Source of the DNA: Stramenopiles sp. TOSAG23-6
Lineage: Eukaryota
Reading direction: 5' to 3'
Assembly (NCBI GenBank): GCA_900128565.1
Contig: LT635913.1
Span: 47,196 to 67,195, forward strand
Length of the DNA stretch: 20,000 bases
Part shown: positions 1 through 11,158 of the stretch, one piece after another
How positions within the stretch are numbered: position 1 is the first letter of the stretch
Layout of the letters: the number at the start of each line of letters is the position of its first letter
Made by a program: the position numbers and the translations under genes
Notes under the pieces: generated by a model
The model's input: only the letters and a program-made list of their open reading frames with translations
The model's database searches: none
What the model was told of the DNA's origin: nothing

Positions 1-1104
1 TTCAAAGAATCTGGATTTGGACGAGAAGGTGGAAAAGAAGGGTTGTATCAGTACACTCGTCCTGTGTGGGAAACTCAGGAGGTTGATGGTGTTTATAAGG
101 CAAAAGAAATTCCTACAGCTTGGAAAGATAATGAAAAATCTTGGGGTCGAGCAGCAAATGCGAATCCTATAGAATTTCCAAATTCTCTTGGTATTCATCT
201 GAAACAAATTGATTTACCCTCATCAAAGACATTTGATAGAATGAATCTTTTGCCTACTATTGATAGAACACCAAAAATGTACATTGGAGGGAAACAAAAA
301 CGTCCAGATGGATGCTATGTAAAACCAATTTATTCATTTGATGGACATTTATTAGATCAAGTAGGTGAAGGAAATCGTAAAGATATTCGAAATGCAGTAG
401 AAGCAGCACGAAATGCTAAACCAGGTTGGGGTAAAAGAGCTGCGCATAATCGTGCACAAATACTATATTATATTGCAGAAAATTTAAATATTCGTCGAGA
501 AGAATTTGGGGAACGTATTGCGCATATGACTGGTGAAACGCGAAGTGAAGGTATTAGAGAAGTAGATGCTGCAATAGATAGATTATTCACGTATGGTGCA
601 TATGCAGATAAATATGGGGGTAATGTTCAAGAAACTACTTTGTATGGATTAACAGTGTCTATCAATGAACCTGTAGGTGTAATTGGTATTATTTGTCCTG
701 ATAAACAACCATTATTAAGCTTTGTTTCACTCGTAGCACCTGCTGTTGTTAGAGGTAATACTGTTGTTGCTGTACCCAGTCAAAAGTGTCCTTTAGCAGC
801 TACTGATTTATATCAAGTATTTGATACATCAGATCTACCTGGTGGTGTTGTCAACATTGTAACAGGAGAGACAGACCCATTAGCTAAAACATTAGTGGAA
901 CATCAACATGTCGATGCAATATGGTATCATGGAAGTGCGGAAGGGTCATACCATGTGGAACGTTTATCCTCGGGTAATATGAAGAGAACTGTTGTTAATT
1001 ATGGACGAGATAGAGACTGGTTCGATGAAAAACAAGGTGCGGGTGAATCTTTTCTAATGGATTCAACTGAAGTGAAGACAATTTGGGTTCCAATGGGAGA
1101 ATAA
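1..1104 (+). CDS. Aldehyde dehydrogenase, ALDH16-like two-domain type (5' truncated)
   Basis: Frame is open from base 1. FKESGFGREGGKEGLYQY marks the end of one ALDH domain, followed by a second ALDH-like domain (IDRTPKMYIGGKQKRPDG, EPVGVIG, LPGGVVNIVTG, EVKTIWVPMGE). No introns. Confidence 0.85.
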   Translation, partial: FKESGFGREGGKEGLYQYTRPVWETQEVDGVYKAKEIPTAWKDNEKSWGRAANANPIEFPNSLGIHLKQIDLPSSKTFDRMNLLPTIDRTPKMYIGGKQKRPDGCYVKPIYSFDGHLLDQVGEGNRKDIRNAVEAARNAKPGWGKRAAHNRAQILYYIAENLNIRREEFGERIAHMTGETRSEGIREVDAAIDRLFTYGAYADKYGGNVQETTLYGLTVSINEPVGVIGIICPDKQPLLSFVSLVAPAVVRGNTVVAVPSQKCPLAATDLYQVFDTSDLPGGVVNIVTGETDPLAKTLVEHQHVDAIWYHGSAEGSYHVERLSSGNMKRTVVNYGRDRDWFDEKQGAGESFLMDSTEVKTIWVPMGE

Positions 1105-1206
1105 AACTTTACTTTTTTCTTTATTTACATCTTAAAGTAAGAGATTTTTATGTAAGAAAAAAATACGTAGAGATTTTGTCTTTTCAATAAATTATGAATA
1201 CAAATA

Positions 1207-1235
1207 GAAAATATTCGAAAATATTCGAAAATATT
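1207..1235. repeat. 10-bp tandem repeat GAAAATATTC, about 3 copies, between convergent genes
   Basis: gaaaatattcgaaaatattcgaaaatatt read directly. Confidence 0.8.
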
Positions 1236-1280
1236 GATTCAAAAGTTTTATTTCTTTTAAAAATATTGAGAAACCACTTG

Positions 1281-2891
1281 CTACTTTTTGACTGAACTTT
1301 GCTTATTCGTTCGGAAAACAGTATCTAGATTTTTCTTTCCAGCGGGCGTCAAATTGGGATATATACACATTCTCATTTGTTCTTGAAATACTTTCTTTTG
1401 ATCGTCCGTCAACAATGGATACAGACTAGTCCTCTGCTTCCTGAAGTATTCATTCACACGTCTTCTGCTGAAAAGAAATCCACGATTTTTGCTGTTCAAA
1501 TCTGACAGCTTGGAGTACATTACTTTCATTCTTTTCGAATCTGCAGTGATTCTTTCGTTCAGCTTTTTCAATTTTGTTGCTTCTTGATCCAGCATCAATT
1601 TCATTTCTAATCTCGCTTTTTTTTGGTGATACGCTAACTTTGACTTCATATCTTTATTCTTTTCGTTAATGATATTAAAGAGACATGAATTAAGAATTTT
1701 CATACGCGAATCATTATTACCGCTATATCCATTATTATTATTATTATTACCATTTGATATTTGTGAAATTCGGCGTTTCTTATTGCTTCCATTAGAATTC
1801 TTCTTGGTTTCACTCATTAAAAAGGCAAGCACACCTTCAATATCATTCTTTAAATTAAATTTCTTTGAACGTCCTGAATAATATGGCGCAGTTGCCAAAT
1901 GTTTACTTATTCCTTCTATACATCTTTCTTGTAATGAAGCTAAAACATTATTCGGCTTTTTCTTACCTTGAAGAATCCATTCATTTCCAGCTTGAGGATA
2001 TCTAAATACGCAGTTTAGCATTTTTAATGCTGTGCCACAATCCAATGATGGCATCATAGTAGGATTTGCAACTCTACTGATAAATTCTGCATTGACCTCT
2101 TCATTATGTAAATTTCTAGAACAATACTCAGAAACTACACGACAAATAGCATAGGATTTTCCTGAATAATAAACTTTCCAATATTTTTTATCATTAGCAT
2201 ATTGTTCAATAATTTTCCAGATCTCAAGAAATAATGGAACAGAGAACTTGCAAATTAAATTTATTGGCGCTTCGAGTTCTTTCATCTCGTAAGTCACATA
2301 ACGCGCACAGCCTGGCGCCGTCGTTGTCGTCGACAACGACAAGCAACGAAATTCTAATAAAGATTGTGCAGTTTTTTTTAGTGCTACTGCTAAAAGCTTT
2401 TCTAAGGAATAAACACAGGCTTCTTTCACATATACAACTGCGTTATACTCGGTACAAATATCTTTTTCCATAAATGCAGTGGTTGCTTTATCAAGCTCAC
2501 GGCATCTAAGATATTGAGCAAGATAAAACAAAGGAACCACGTTTTCTGTTGTTGCCTTAAATGTACCATGATAAACAAAATTAAGAAGAGAAGGAAATGC
2601 GGTGACAGCTGATTGTTTCATAACCAGTTTGCTTTCATTTCTCCGATTTTCAGAAAACGAATCATTTTTTAATAACGTCGAAAAATACTCTAGTCGACGC
2701 GCCCCTCCTGCAATAACGTTTTGGTGACAATGATATGATGTGCCAATATCATCACTCCCTTCAGTTTCGACTATAATTGTCCAGTTTGAAAAGCAATCAG
2801 ATTCATCCGTGTGCCAAGTAAGCATAAGCTTTTCTTCAGGAGGATCATCAAAATGGGTGAATCCTCCAAAATCATTTGATTCATTTGACAT
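1281..2891 (-). CDS. BTB/POZ domain protein with C-terminal coiled-coil
   Basis: 536 aa ORF with BTB-like motifs (YHCHQNVIA, YFSTLL, AFPSLLNFVYHG, VVPLFYLAQYL). Confidence 0.75.
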   Translation of the reverse strand: MSNESNDFGGFTHFDDPPEEKLMLTWHTDESDCFSNWTIIVETEGSDDIGTSYHCHQNVIAGGARRLEYFSTLLKNDSFSENRRNESKLVMKQSAVTAFPSLLNFVYHGTFKATTENVVPLFYLAQYLRCRELDKATTAFMEKDICTEYNAVVYVKEACVYSLEKLLAVALKKTAQSLLEFRCLSLSTTTTAPGCARYVTYEMKELEAPINLICKFSVPLFLEIWKIIEQYANDKKYWKVYYSGKSYAICRVVSEYCSRNLHNEEVNAEFISRVANPTMMPSLDCGTALKMLNCVFRYPQAGNEWILQGKKKPNNVLASLQERCIEGISKHLATAPYYSGRSKKFNLKNDIEGVLAFLMSETKKNSNGSNKKRRISQISNGNNNNNNGYSGNNDSRMKILNSCLFNIINEKNKDMKSKLAYHQKKARLEMKLMLDQEATKLKKLNERITADSKRMKVMYSKLSDLNSKNRGFLFSRRRVNEYFRKQRTSLYPLLTDDQKKVFQEQMRMCIYPNLTPAGKKNLDTVFRTNKQSSVKK

Positions 2892-3505
2892 TTTCTTTTA
2901 AATAATTGCGTGTAAGAAGAACGTAAAGAAGTGTAACCGGTAATGTTTAGCTATTGTACTAAGAGAATCTTATCCTTGATCTGATGATTGACCGAATCAG
3001 ATTCTTTCAAATGAAACTGAATTGAAAAAAACCTCCGATCAAGAAAGTTCTCAGTCCATTTAGGAAATTTTAGATAACAACAAACAACAACTGTAGTATC
3101 TTTACAATTATCTAAAACGTTTCAGCGAACGTTATTCAACGATTACTTAGTTCATTGTTCACTTACATCAATTATATTTCCTACAAATTCACGATTATCT
3201 TACTCAAACGGGTGAGACACTAAAGAGAAACCATCTCGGGCTTACAGTCCTCGGTAGGTCAACGCCCAAGAAGGCTCGGACGCAGGCCAATTATTACAAG
3301 ACAAAACAAGAACACTCCAGTAGTTTCATCTTCTGGAAGAGTTACCCGTAGTCAATCTAAATCCACTACTATAAAGCGTGCTCGGGTTGATTCACCTGTA
3401 TTGAATATACGAAATACTCGGAGAAGAAAAAGTAAAAAACAAAAGCAACGGCCTAGTTCAGCTTCAGCAACGTCGAAGACTAAAAAAAGATCAAAACGGG
3501 CAGAT

Positions 3506-5716
3506 ATGAAAAATGGAAAAGAAACTTCTGAAGCCTCTACATCTACAAAAATCAAAATGAAAAAGTTTCAAAGTAAATCAAATATTGTGTCCAGCGATGG
3601 GTACTTGACAGTTTCACCTTCAAATTCTTCTACTGGAAATTCGTCAGCTGATCATGTAGAATTTAAAGTGCAAGCACCTGAACTCATTCGTATAGTCCTC
3701 CAAGGCTTGTCGGAGTTAGGCTATTACAAAACTGCGGAAACTCTCTCTAACGAGTCAGGTGTAACAATTCACTCTGAACAAATGGCGCTATTTCGTAGAA
3801 GTATTTTAGACGGGGATTGGACTCTTTGTTTAGAATTGATACCTCATTTAAAATTTTCTCAAACTTCTCAGTCTTCTCAAACCTCACAAATTGAGTTGGC
3901 TCGTTTTTTTATATTAAGAGAAAAGTATCTTGAACTTTTAGAACAAAAGAAAACCACAGAAGCCATCAAATGCCTTCGAACAGAACTGTCTGAGAGTTCA
4001 TTACATAATTCCTCTAAACAAAATTCTGCTGTTCAGGACAACAATGCAGCAATTAGATTTGGTGACCAAAGTTGTTCTCAAATGTTTGATAGTTGTCAAT
4101 CATCAACTGTATTGAACAGCTCAAGATTAAAAACCCTATCCCCTTTGGTTTTGTGTAGTACTAAAAAGGATTTATTGCTCAAGGCCAAATGGGCAGGTAC
4201 AGAAGGCGGGTCTCGTATACATTTATTAAACAAATTCAATACTATATTGCAGCATTCAACCTTAGTACCAGAAAGTCGTCTTCGTACATTACTAGGTCAA
4301 TCATTACAAAATCAAATTGGAAAATCGTTATACCGTAGACCGAGGCATCAGCCATATTCCCTTTTGAATAATAACAAATGCATGCCACCTAAATTACCTA
4401 CACGGGCTGTGTGTGTTTTAGAGGAGCATAATAATGAAGTTTGGCATATAGAGTTTTCAAAAGATAGCAACAAAATGTGTTCATCATCGAAAGATGGTAC
4501 GACTATAATCTGGGATACAAGAGCTATTAAAAACGATCAATTTACTAAAGGATTTTTGCCTGTTCCTATACTTCATAAGCTAAAGCCTCACGAGACAAAA
4601 GATATACCAGTGATGTTTTCAACATGGAGCCCAGACGATTTACTGATTGTGACTTGTCATGGAGATGGAAGCGTCTATCTTTGGGATGCGCTATCAGGTG
4701 ATACTCGGTATAAATTAGTCGGTCATACATCTGCTGTAATATCAGCAGCTTGGCTTCCTGACGGGAAAAGTTTAGTCACAGGTGGAATTGATAAAAAAAT
4801 TATACTATGGGAAATAACGGAAAATATTCCTTCACCTCAAAATGATGTTACTATTAATATCATGAGTAATACACCTAATGGTACAACAAATGAAACAACA
4901 AATGAAACAACAAATGATACAACAAATGATACAACAAATGATACAACAAATGAAACAACAAATGAAACAACAAATGAAACAACAAATGGTACAACAAATG
5001 GTACAACAAATGAAACAACAAATGATACAACAAATGATACAACAAATGATACAACAAATGATACAACAAATGATACAACTGATGGTAATATTACAGATAC
5101 ATCACAGAGTTCAAGTTCATCATTTGATACTGAGTTAGCAGATGTTGGAGAGTTGGTTGAAGGGACAGAAAATATACCAAGTTCAAGCAACATAAGAATA
5201 ATTTCTCCAACATACTTGTGGTTAGGTGTTCAAGTGAATGACATTGTTTTAAATCATTCTGGGACTTCTGTGATAGTAGCAGGTTGCAATAATCAGGTGT
5301 ATATGTATAATTTAGTAAACCGCCAGAAAAAATCTGAAAGTTTTATAAAGGAAAGTGGGTCCGTCATGTCAATGAAATTGACTGATGATGGTCGTTATCT
5401 TTTGTTAGCTATTGCAAATAAAGATATACAAGTTTGGGATATACAAAAGCGCAAGTATGTACTAAACTTTAAGGGTCCTCGCTTAGGCCGGTATGTCATT
5501 CATTTTGCACTGGGTGGTGAAGGACAGTGCTTACTAGCATCTGGTAGTGAAGATTCTCAAATTTATTTATGGTATCGAATTACGGGTACTCCTCTTTCAG
5601 TGTTATCTGGACATGCAGCAACGGTGAATTGTGTGTCATGGGCAACAGTGGATTCAGGAAAATCACCTATATTAGCTAGTTGCAGTGATGATCATACCGT
5701 TCGCATTTGGCGATGA
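3506..5716 (+). CDS. WDR26: WDR26/GID7-like LisH-CTLH-WD40 subunit of the CTLH/GID E3 ligase
   Basis: LisH (ELIRIVLQGLSELGYYKTAETLSNESG), CTLH (FRRSILDGDW, ILREKYLELLE), VPESRLRTLL, WD40 repeats (HNNEVWHIEFS, ASGSEDSQIYLW, LASCSDDHTVRIW). First ATG is at 3506 but the frame is open from 3224. Confidence 0.88.
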   Translation: MKNGKETSEASTSTKIKMKKFQSKSNIVSSDGYLTVSPSNSSTGNSSADHVEFKVQAPELIRIVLQGLSELGYYKTAETLSNESGVTIHSEQMALFRRSILDGDWTLCLELIPHLKFSQTSQSSQTSQIELARFFILREKYLELLEQKKTTEAIKCLRTELSESSLHNSSKQNSAVQDNNAAIRFGDQSCSQMFDSCQSSTVLNSSRLKTLSPLVLCSTKKDLLLKAKWAGTEGGSRIHLLNKFNTILQHSTLVPESRLRTLLGQSLQNQIGKSLYRRPRHQPYSLLNNNKCMPPKLPTRAVCVLEEHNNEVWHIEFSKDSNKMCSSSKDGTTIIWDTRAIKNDQFTKGFLPVPILHKLKPHETKDIPVMFSTWSPDDLLIVTCHGDGSVYLWDALSGDTRYKLVGHTSAVISAAWLPDGKSLVTGGIDKKIILWEITENIPSPQNDVTINIMSNTPNGTTNETTNETTNDTTNDTTNDTTNETTNETTNETTNGTTNGTTNETTNDTTNDTTNDTTNDTTNDTTDGNITDTSQSSSSSFDTELADVGELVEGTENIPSSSNIRIISPTYLWLGVQVNDIVLNHSGTSVIVAGCNNQVYMYNLVNRQKKSESFIKESGSVMSMKLTDDGRYLLLAIANKDIQVWDIQKRKYVLNFKGPRLGRYVIHFALGGEGQCLLASGSEDSQIYLWYRITGTPLSVLSGHAATVNCVSWATVDSGKSPILASCSDDHTVRIWR
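4877..5080 (+). repeat. Coding 12-bp minisatellite AATGAW/AATGGT-ACAACA, 17 copies, encoding N[D/E/G]TT
   Basis: 17 units counted from the translation, inserted between WD40 repeats. Confidence 0.95.
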
Positions 5717-5830
5717 GATTTTTAAGTGTTTATGTTCAATATTGAAAAATTAAAAAAAAAATTCATAAATATTATTTTGAATCAACTACTATTTACTAAC
5801 ATTTATATTTCCAGGTTAAAATTTACATTA

Positions 5831-6550
5831 CTAAGAAACAGTTTCATTATTTTTTTCAGTGTTTTTTTCTACTTCTGTAACTATGTCACTTCCTTCAGTC
5901 TCTACATTTTCTCTCTTTGAAGACACAGTTTTCTTACCTCTGAAATCTTTAATTCTTGGAAATTGTGCAGACGCTACGGTATTACTGATGGTGTAACCAA
6001 ATACAGTTGGCGTGTACGATATATCCAATTTAGGGGGTACATATTCGGGATATGACATAAGCAAGAAATGTGGGAAAGAGCAACCGAAATACGCTCCATC
6101 TACATACCTTGCTGCTACTGTCATTGGTGGAACAAACACATCCTGACATTTAGGACAGTATACCATAACCCTTTGTTCTCCAGGAATATCAGATAACCCC
6201 ACGGGCAGGACAGGATAGTTATTACACAATATACGTGGACAATTGCCAAAATCCTCATTCTTAAACTTCTTAAACATAAGTTGCTGACCGTGCGTCGTCA
6301 ATAGAAAACGAGCGTGTATACGACCGTAAAGGTCCATACACTCTTTACGACTCCATTCCTCTCGGTTCCAGTCATCTGAAGAAGAGTCTGAGTTTACATA
6401 ATCGAGAATAATATTGAGGCACTCTGCAAAGTTATGTACTTCAAGGGAAAGTCCATATAGGTTAAAACGACTCTCGATAAAAGAACGATCTACTTGACAG
6501 AAAAAATCGTGGCCCTCCATAGAGCCAAACCACTGAATCCAGTCCGCCAT
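5831..6550 (-). CDS. CSNK2B: Casein kinase II regulatory subunit beta
   Basis: WIQWF..GHDFFCQVD..FNLYGL, LYGRIHARF, FGNCPRILC, YCPKCQDVF, DGAYFGCSFPH. No introns. Confidence 0.95.
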   Translation of the reverse strand: MADWIQWFGSMEGHDFFCQVDRSFIESRFNLYGLSLEVHNFAECLNIILDYVNSDSSSDDWNREEWSRKECMDLYGRIHARFLLTTHGQQLMFKKFKNEDFGNCPRILCNNYPVLPVGLSDIPGEQRVMVYCPKCQDVFVPPMTVAARYVDGAYFGCSFPHFLLMSYPEYVPPKLDISYTPTVFGYTISNTVASAQFPRIKDFRGKKTVSSKRENVETEGSDIVTEVEKNTEKNNETVS

Positions 6551-7003
6551 TAGCCCAAAGAATAAATATACGTATACTGTACAAACGATTCAATACCTCA
6601 CTGATAAATATGGGCACAACACAGTGTGATAATAGCTTGCCTTAATCTCGATTAATATTATTATAAAAGGGTCCACCCTCTTTAGGTCTTGCCACACTCC
6701 TGATTATTGTTCGATACTCCCGATATATAATATAAACCGCGATATAGTATCTCACCTCGAGAGCTCGCTCAAAAAAAATCGAATGTTTCAAACACGAAAT
6801 ATTTAGTATTATTGTACAAAAAAAAATTGAAGCTGACTCTCACAATCTAAATCGTTCTTCAATCAAGAATACTACGCGAATACGACTACGGTAGCTATTT
6901 TACTAGCCTACGTAGCTACAAGTACTAAATTCCTAGTTTAGTATTACAAAAGCGCTTGAAAGATCCTGTACAATTATCGAAATTATTCCTTGTAAAAGAT
7001 AGA

Positions 7004-7822
7004 ATGTTTTTAATGCGTTCTAGATATTTAGTGCATTGTATGCGTATTTCTACTCCATTTGCGCGTCGAAGGAATAGGTTATTTATATCATCCAGCAGCT
7101 ATTTCGACCGCAATTTTAGTATTTTTCCGGATAATAAAAAAGAGAAAGATAATCTTTCTACAAAACAAGAGCATGACACTCTTGATCAAGAGAAGTTTTA
7201 TACAATGGGTCCATTACGCATTCGTGCTGTAAACGTGAACCTCCCAAATGCTCTGACAATAGCACGCATTCTTGCTTCACCTCCTTTATCTGTGTTATAT
7301 TTACAAGGTTATTACAAGAGTGCCTTTTTTTTATTCATGTCTGCTGGTGCGTGCGATTTTTGGGATGGTTATCTAGCTAGAAAATGGAACCAACAAACTG
7401 TGTTGGGTGCTATGCTTGATCCAGTTTCCGATAAAATTCTAGTCGCAGCATTAGCCTTGCCTATGGCGTATGACGGTACTTTACCAATATGGCTTGTCAC
7501 TTTAATTATAGGACGTGACGTTGGTCTTGTTGCTGGTGGTTTCTGGCATCGCTTTCGAACAAAACAGCGTGATGAATTTCTATTTGATACAAAAAGAGTG
7601 AATTGGACTGTGGAACCAACATTTGTAAGTAAGTGTAATACAGCTGGTTTAATTGCACTTGTAAGTTTTGGCTTAACAAATAGTGCATTTTCTTTACCTG
7701 GTGATTTTCTTATACAATGGATGTCGTATGGAGTAGGTTGTACTACTGCTTGGTCTGCTGTCGAGTATATTAATATGTTTGTAAAGAATGACGCTTTCAA
7801 AGATCGAAAGCGAGTCGATTAA
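7004..7822 (+). CDS. CRLS1: Cardiolipin synthase (CDP-alcohol phosphatidyltransferase family), probably mitochondrial
   Basis: NLPNALTIARI, DFWDGYLARKWNQQTVLGAMLDPVSDK, EPTFVSKCNT; Arg-rich N-terminus resembles a presequence. Confidence 0.82.
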   Translation: MFLMRSRYLVHCMRISTPFARRRNRLFISSSSYFDRNFSIFPDNKKEKDNLSTKQEHDTLDQEKFYTMGPLRIRAVNVNLPNALTIARILASPPLSVLYLQGYYKSAFFLFMSAGACDFWDGYLARKWNQQTVLGAMLDPVSDKILVAALALPMAYDGTLPIWLVTLIIGRDVGLVAGGFWHRFRTKQRDEFLFDTKRVNWTVEPTFVSKCNTAGLIALVSFGLTNSAFSLPGDFLIQWMSYGVGCTTAWSAVEYINMFVKNDAFKDRKRVD

Positions 7823-7883
7823 AATGATGAATTTAAATATAGTAAAATTTTGAGACTAGAAACGAAAAATAATTTTTAAAAAT

Positions 7884-9950
7884 TTATAAATTAATAGTCG
7901 TCAACTCTGTGCCGTCATCGTCCATATCACACTGCGGTTCATCCATATTTCCATGAAGTCTGACATGAACATCATCAGTGTATAATATTTCCGAGTTTGG
8001 CATTTTATCCGAACTCTCTAAGGAATCACTTGGTCGGCCTAAAGGTACTAAATATGGAATGAGAAGTATTGGAAGTAATCTTGTTAAACTGCGGGTCAAA
8101 ACAAGCAACTCAATATTATGAAATTCAGGAGCACGAACACCTCCAAAGACTTCCAATAGCCCAACTCCAACATATCCTCCAATGACAGAACCAAAATTTG
8201 AAAGGCCCATTGTCATTGCAAAAAGTGTTGCCTCCATTTTTGGTGGGCATAATTTTGCTGCTAGAATAAAAACTGGCATTGTATTAAATCGACTTATTAA
8301 AGGGGATATAACTTCTTCGCCTAGCATGAAAGCTTTATCTGATATTCCAAGACTTTTGTTCCAACGTTGAACCCAAATAAGATCCATGTATTGTGAAAAA
8401 AAAATGTTTTAGTATAAAAAATCCATAGGTACGAAATTTCATACCAACAAGAAAAAACAATTAAATTCATTTTTCAAAACGTACATGAGATTGACAAATA
8501 CAAGTGCCAGTTGAGTCATTGCAAAGATTTTTCTGTATGGCCATGAACTAAAATATCTATTGTATAACGCCGTCCCAATGACAAAAAAAATATTTCCTAG
8601 AACGCCAAACCAGGAGTGAATAATGTGAAAAAATATTTTTTTTGTCAAGAAAAATGTTAGGTACAAAATTTTTATGGTAAAAAATGAATGAAAATTCAAT
8701 TTTGAAACCATACATAATTTAGGTGAAAAACAGGGACGTTCTCCATAGACCCCATTACAATTTTCTGGGGTTTCTTTTGACCAGTAGTAGATAACTTCTG
8801 AATATGGTTGCATTGCTCCTTGTAAGAAGATATAAATTGTTACTTGAGCTAATACAGGATTGATTTTAGATTCATAGTAATGTATAACGTAGCAAACAAC
8901 TACAGCAATGAGTATACTAAATATACATATTACTGAATTATCAGATACAATAGAAGCAAAACCACCCTTTTCTGAAGAACATATTTTGTATAGTTTGATA
9001 TTTGTTAGGTACAGAATTTGGTATAAAATTTAGGTAAAACATTCATGATGAAAACATACCATTGTCAAAGATATAGCACAAACAAATAAAGCCATTTTGA
9101 TCATCACGCCTTGTTTACCATTATTAATTGCATCTTTTAAAGGTTGAATATTTGAACATTTTCTATACGGAGGTTTGTCACGCTCTTCGGGTAGCCATCT
9201 TCGCCAAGCAGGAACCAGTACGGCTAGTGCTGGTATAACACATAAACCGAGAAGGACACGGCTACCAAACCATTCATAAAGAATTCCAGAAGAACAACCA
9301 GCAAAAATTTGACCAATTCCTAAAGACCCCCAGCATAACGTCTGCAAATCAGCGGCATATTTTGGGCGTTCACGACATCTTTTAGCGACAGATGCATCGA
9401 TCATTACATCAGGGGATGCGATGGAGTAATTAAACATAATCAATAATATTGTAACTATTGCAATGCCCAACCCAGGAGAAAAGGCAAATGATAGAGTTGA
9501 AAATACTCCTGAAAATCCAGCTATACCAATATATGGAGACAGGTGAAGTCCTGAAATTGGAAGTGTATCACTCAATACACCATACATAGATTTAAGTTGC
9601 CATGGAATGTTCCCCACTCCTGACACAACCTGCATTCTATCGGAAGATAGTCCAAGCCCTTTGTGCATTGTTGATTCCGTATCAGAGAGCAGATACCGCA
9701 TTGCGAAGAATCCCCAACCTTCACCAATTCCTTGGTTCACACCATACACAGCAACGACAGAAAGCACAAAATATAGACCGAATGTTCTCGTTAACCGGGA
9801 AAAATATTTGGCCAGCGTACAAGGAAAAAACATTACATAGTCCACGAATTCTGGATTAACAGGAAGTGTATGAAAGTCACGTATACTTGAATCCATACTT
9901 TGGTCTAAATCAAGGCTATCATCTGTCAATGGATCAAACTTTTGGTCCAT
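7884..9950 (-). CDS. BT1-family folate/biopterin transporter; inferred exons 9950-9060, 8966-8714, 8617-8485, 8385-7884
   Basis: PWQLKSMYGVLSDTLPI, ASPDVMIDA, LQTLCWG, GISDKAF, MPVFILAAKLCPPKMEATLFAMTMGLSNFG. The frame is continuous after removing 3 family introns. Confidence 0.88.
8386..8484 (-). mobile_element. Introner-like intron A, 99 nt, GT-AT
   Basis: ctcat|GTACGT...TTCACAATACAT|ggat restores NLMDLIWVQRW; no AG inside; CATG direct repeat at the junctions. Confidence 0.8.
8618..8713 (-). mobile_element. Introner-like intron B, 96 nt, GT-TC (boundary less certain)
   Basis: ttat|GTATGG...TTTTGTACCTAAC...TTCACATTATTC|actcc gives FSPKLYSWFG; in frame and stop-free. Confidence 0.65.
8967..9059 (-). 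mobile_element. Introner-like intron C, 93 nt, canonical GT-AG
   Basis: atg|GTATGT...CTGTACCTAAC...TTCAGAAAAG|ggt restores LTMGGFAS. Confidence 0.8.
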
Positions 9951-10224
9951 TGAGTGTGCTGTATTGGCAGAGTTGATATAATTATAACTTAGGCATTTGA
10001 ATGATATTAACAAGTCATAAAAAATAAAATTGACAGCATGCGCAAAAAAGTAATTATTCGTGTTTTTTTTTTCTGTTAGGACTTCGACTTGACTACTTCG
10101 GTCAAAGGTATTATATATTACCCAGCTAGGGTTATAGTGTCTCTCGAATTCTTGCTCTAAACACACTTCTCTTCACACACTTCTATACCTGTCGAAAAAA
10201 TATTTATCTTAATCTTTTTATATA

Positions 10225-11031
10225 ATGGGCAAACGTGACGAAAATTCTCTCACTAGTACGAAAGACTCGTCAAGCATGGAAGATTCTAATGGTCGTGCAT
10301 TGAAGAAACAAAAGATGAGCAAAAGCGATGCGCCGCCCATCAAGGTAAAGGTCGATGCTCCTACGGCTTCACCTGGAATAGTGTCTTCGACGGTAAATAC
10401 GGCAACCCCCCCAATAACGCCCTCTAAAGTTACAGATGAGAACAATGAAGACAAAAACAAAGTAAATACAAATATAGATTCAACCAAACCTTCAACTGTA
10501 TTATCCGAATCACAGTGTAAACTTGCGCAGTTCCAGGGTTGGTGGAAACTCGACGTTCAAGCGTCCGAAACTATGAAACCATACCTGGAAACGCTTGGTT
10601 TGAGCGCTACGGCTGTCAAAGCCGCATTAAAAACAGAAACAGAATTCCCATCATTTATTCAATTTAAAGTAACGCCGAAAGAAGTTACTATCAAGCGGAA
10701 GTCCAGACTAAGTAGGCCATCGGATGAAAAAGTAGGTATAAATTATAAGTTGGGTATGACAACCTCTTCAGAAACAAAATACGGACAAGTGATTTCAAAT
10801 GCTACAATTCTTAAAGGTGGTATTCTAAATGTATCTGAAACTAGAAAAGTAAATGGCGAAAAAATTAAATTAAGTAGTCAACGAAAGCTTTTGGAGACAA
10901 AAGGAAATACTTTTAACGTAATTGAACAAATAATTACACTTCATCATATCGGTAATAAAGTGACTGTTACTACAAAGAGAATTTGGCGTAGGCAAAGGAG
11001 AGACTCATCGAATATATTTGTCGCGAGTTAA
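10225..11031 (+). CDS. Calycin/FABP-like beta-barrel protein with low-complexity N-terminus
   Basis: FQGWWKLDVQASETMKPYLETLGL resembles the FABP N-terminal GxW motif; beta-strand-rich, ending TKRIWRR. Confidence 0.55.
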   Translation: MGKRDENSLTSTKDSSSMEDSNGRALKKQKMSKSDAPPIKVKVDAPTASPGIVSSTVNTATPPITPSKVTDENNEDKNKVNTNIDSTKPSTVLSESQCKLAQFQGWWKLDVQASETMKPYLETLGLSATAVKAALKTETEFPSFIQFKVTPKEVTIKRKSRLSRPSDEKVGINYKLGMTTSSETKYGQVISNATILKGGILNVSETRKVNGEKIKLSSQRKLLETKGNTFNVIEQIITLHHIGNKVTVTTKRIWRRQRRDSSNIFVAS

Positions 11032-11158
11032 AATGTATCAATAGTTAGTATGTGGAGAAATTCCTTAAATATTTATTTAGTACTTTTATATAATTTACTA
11101 CTAAAATATAAATGAAAAAACATTTTTTTTTTACTTTTCATAGTTTTCAAAAGTTGTG

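Noticed and set aside
4837-5193. Overlapping ORFs (VVSF, YHLL, MIQQ repeats) and similar ORFs at 14389-14893
   Set aside because: Artefacts of stop-free tandem repeats inside real genes.
9951-10166. N-terminal extension of BT1 in the ORF track
   Set aside because: It begins at a non-ATG codon and spans the divergent promoter; the ATG at 9950 is a more plausible start.
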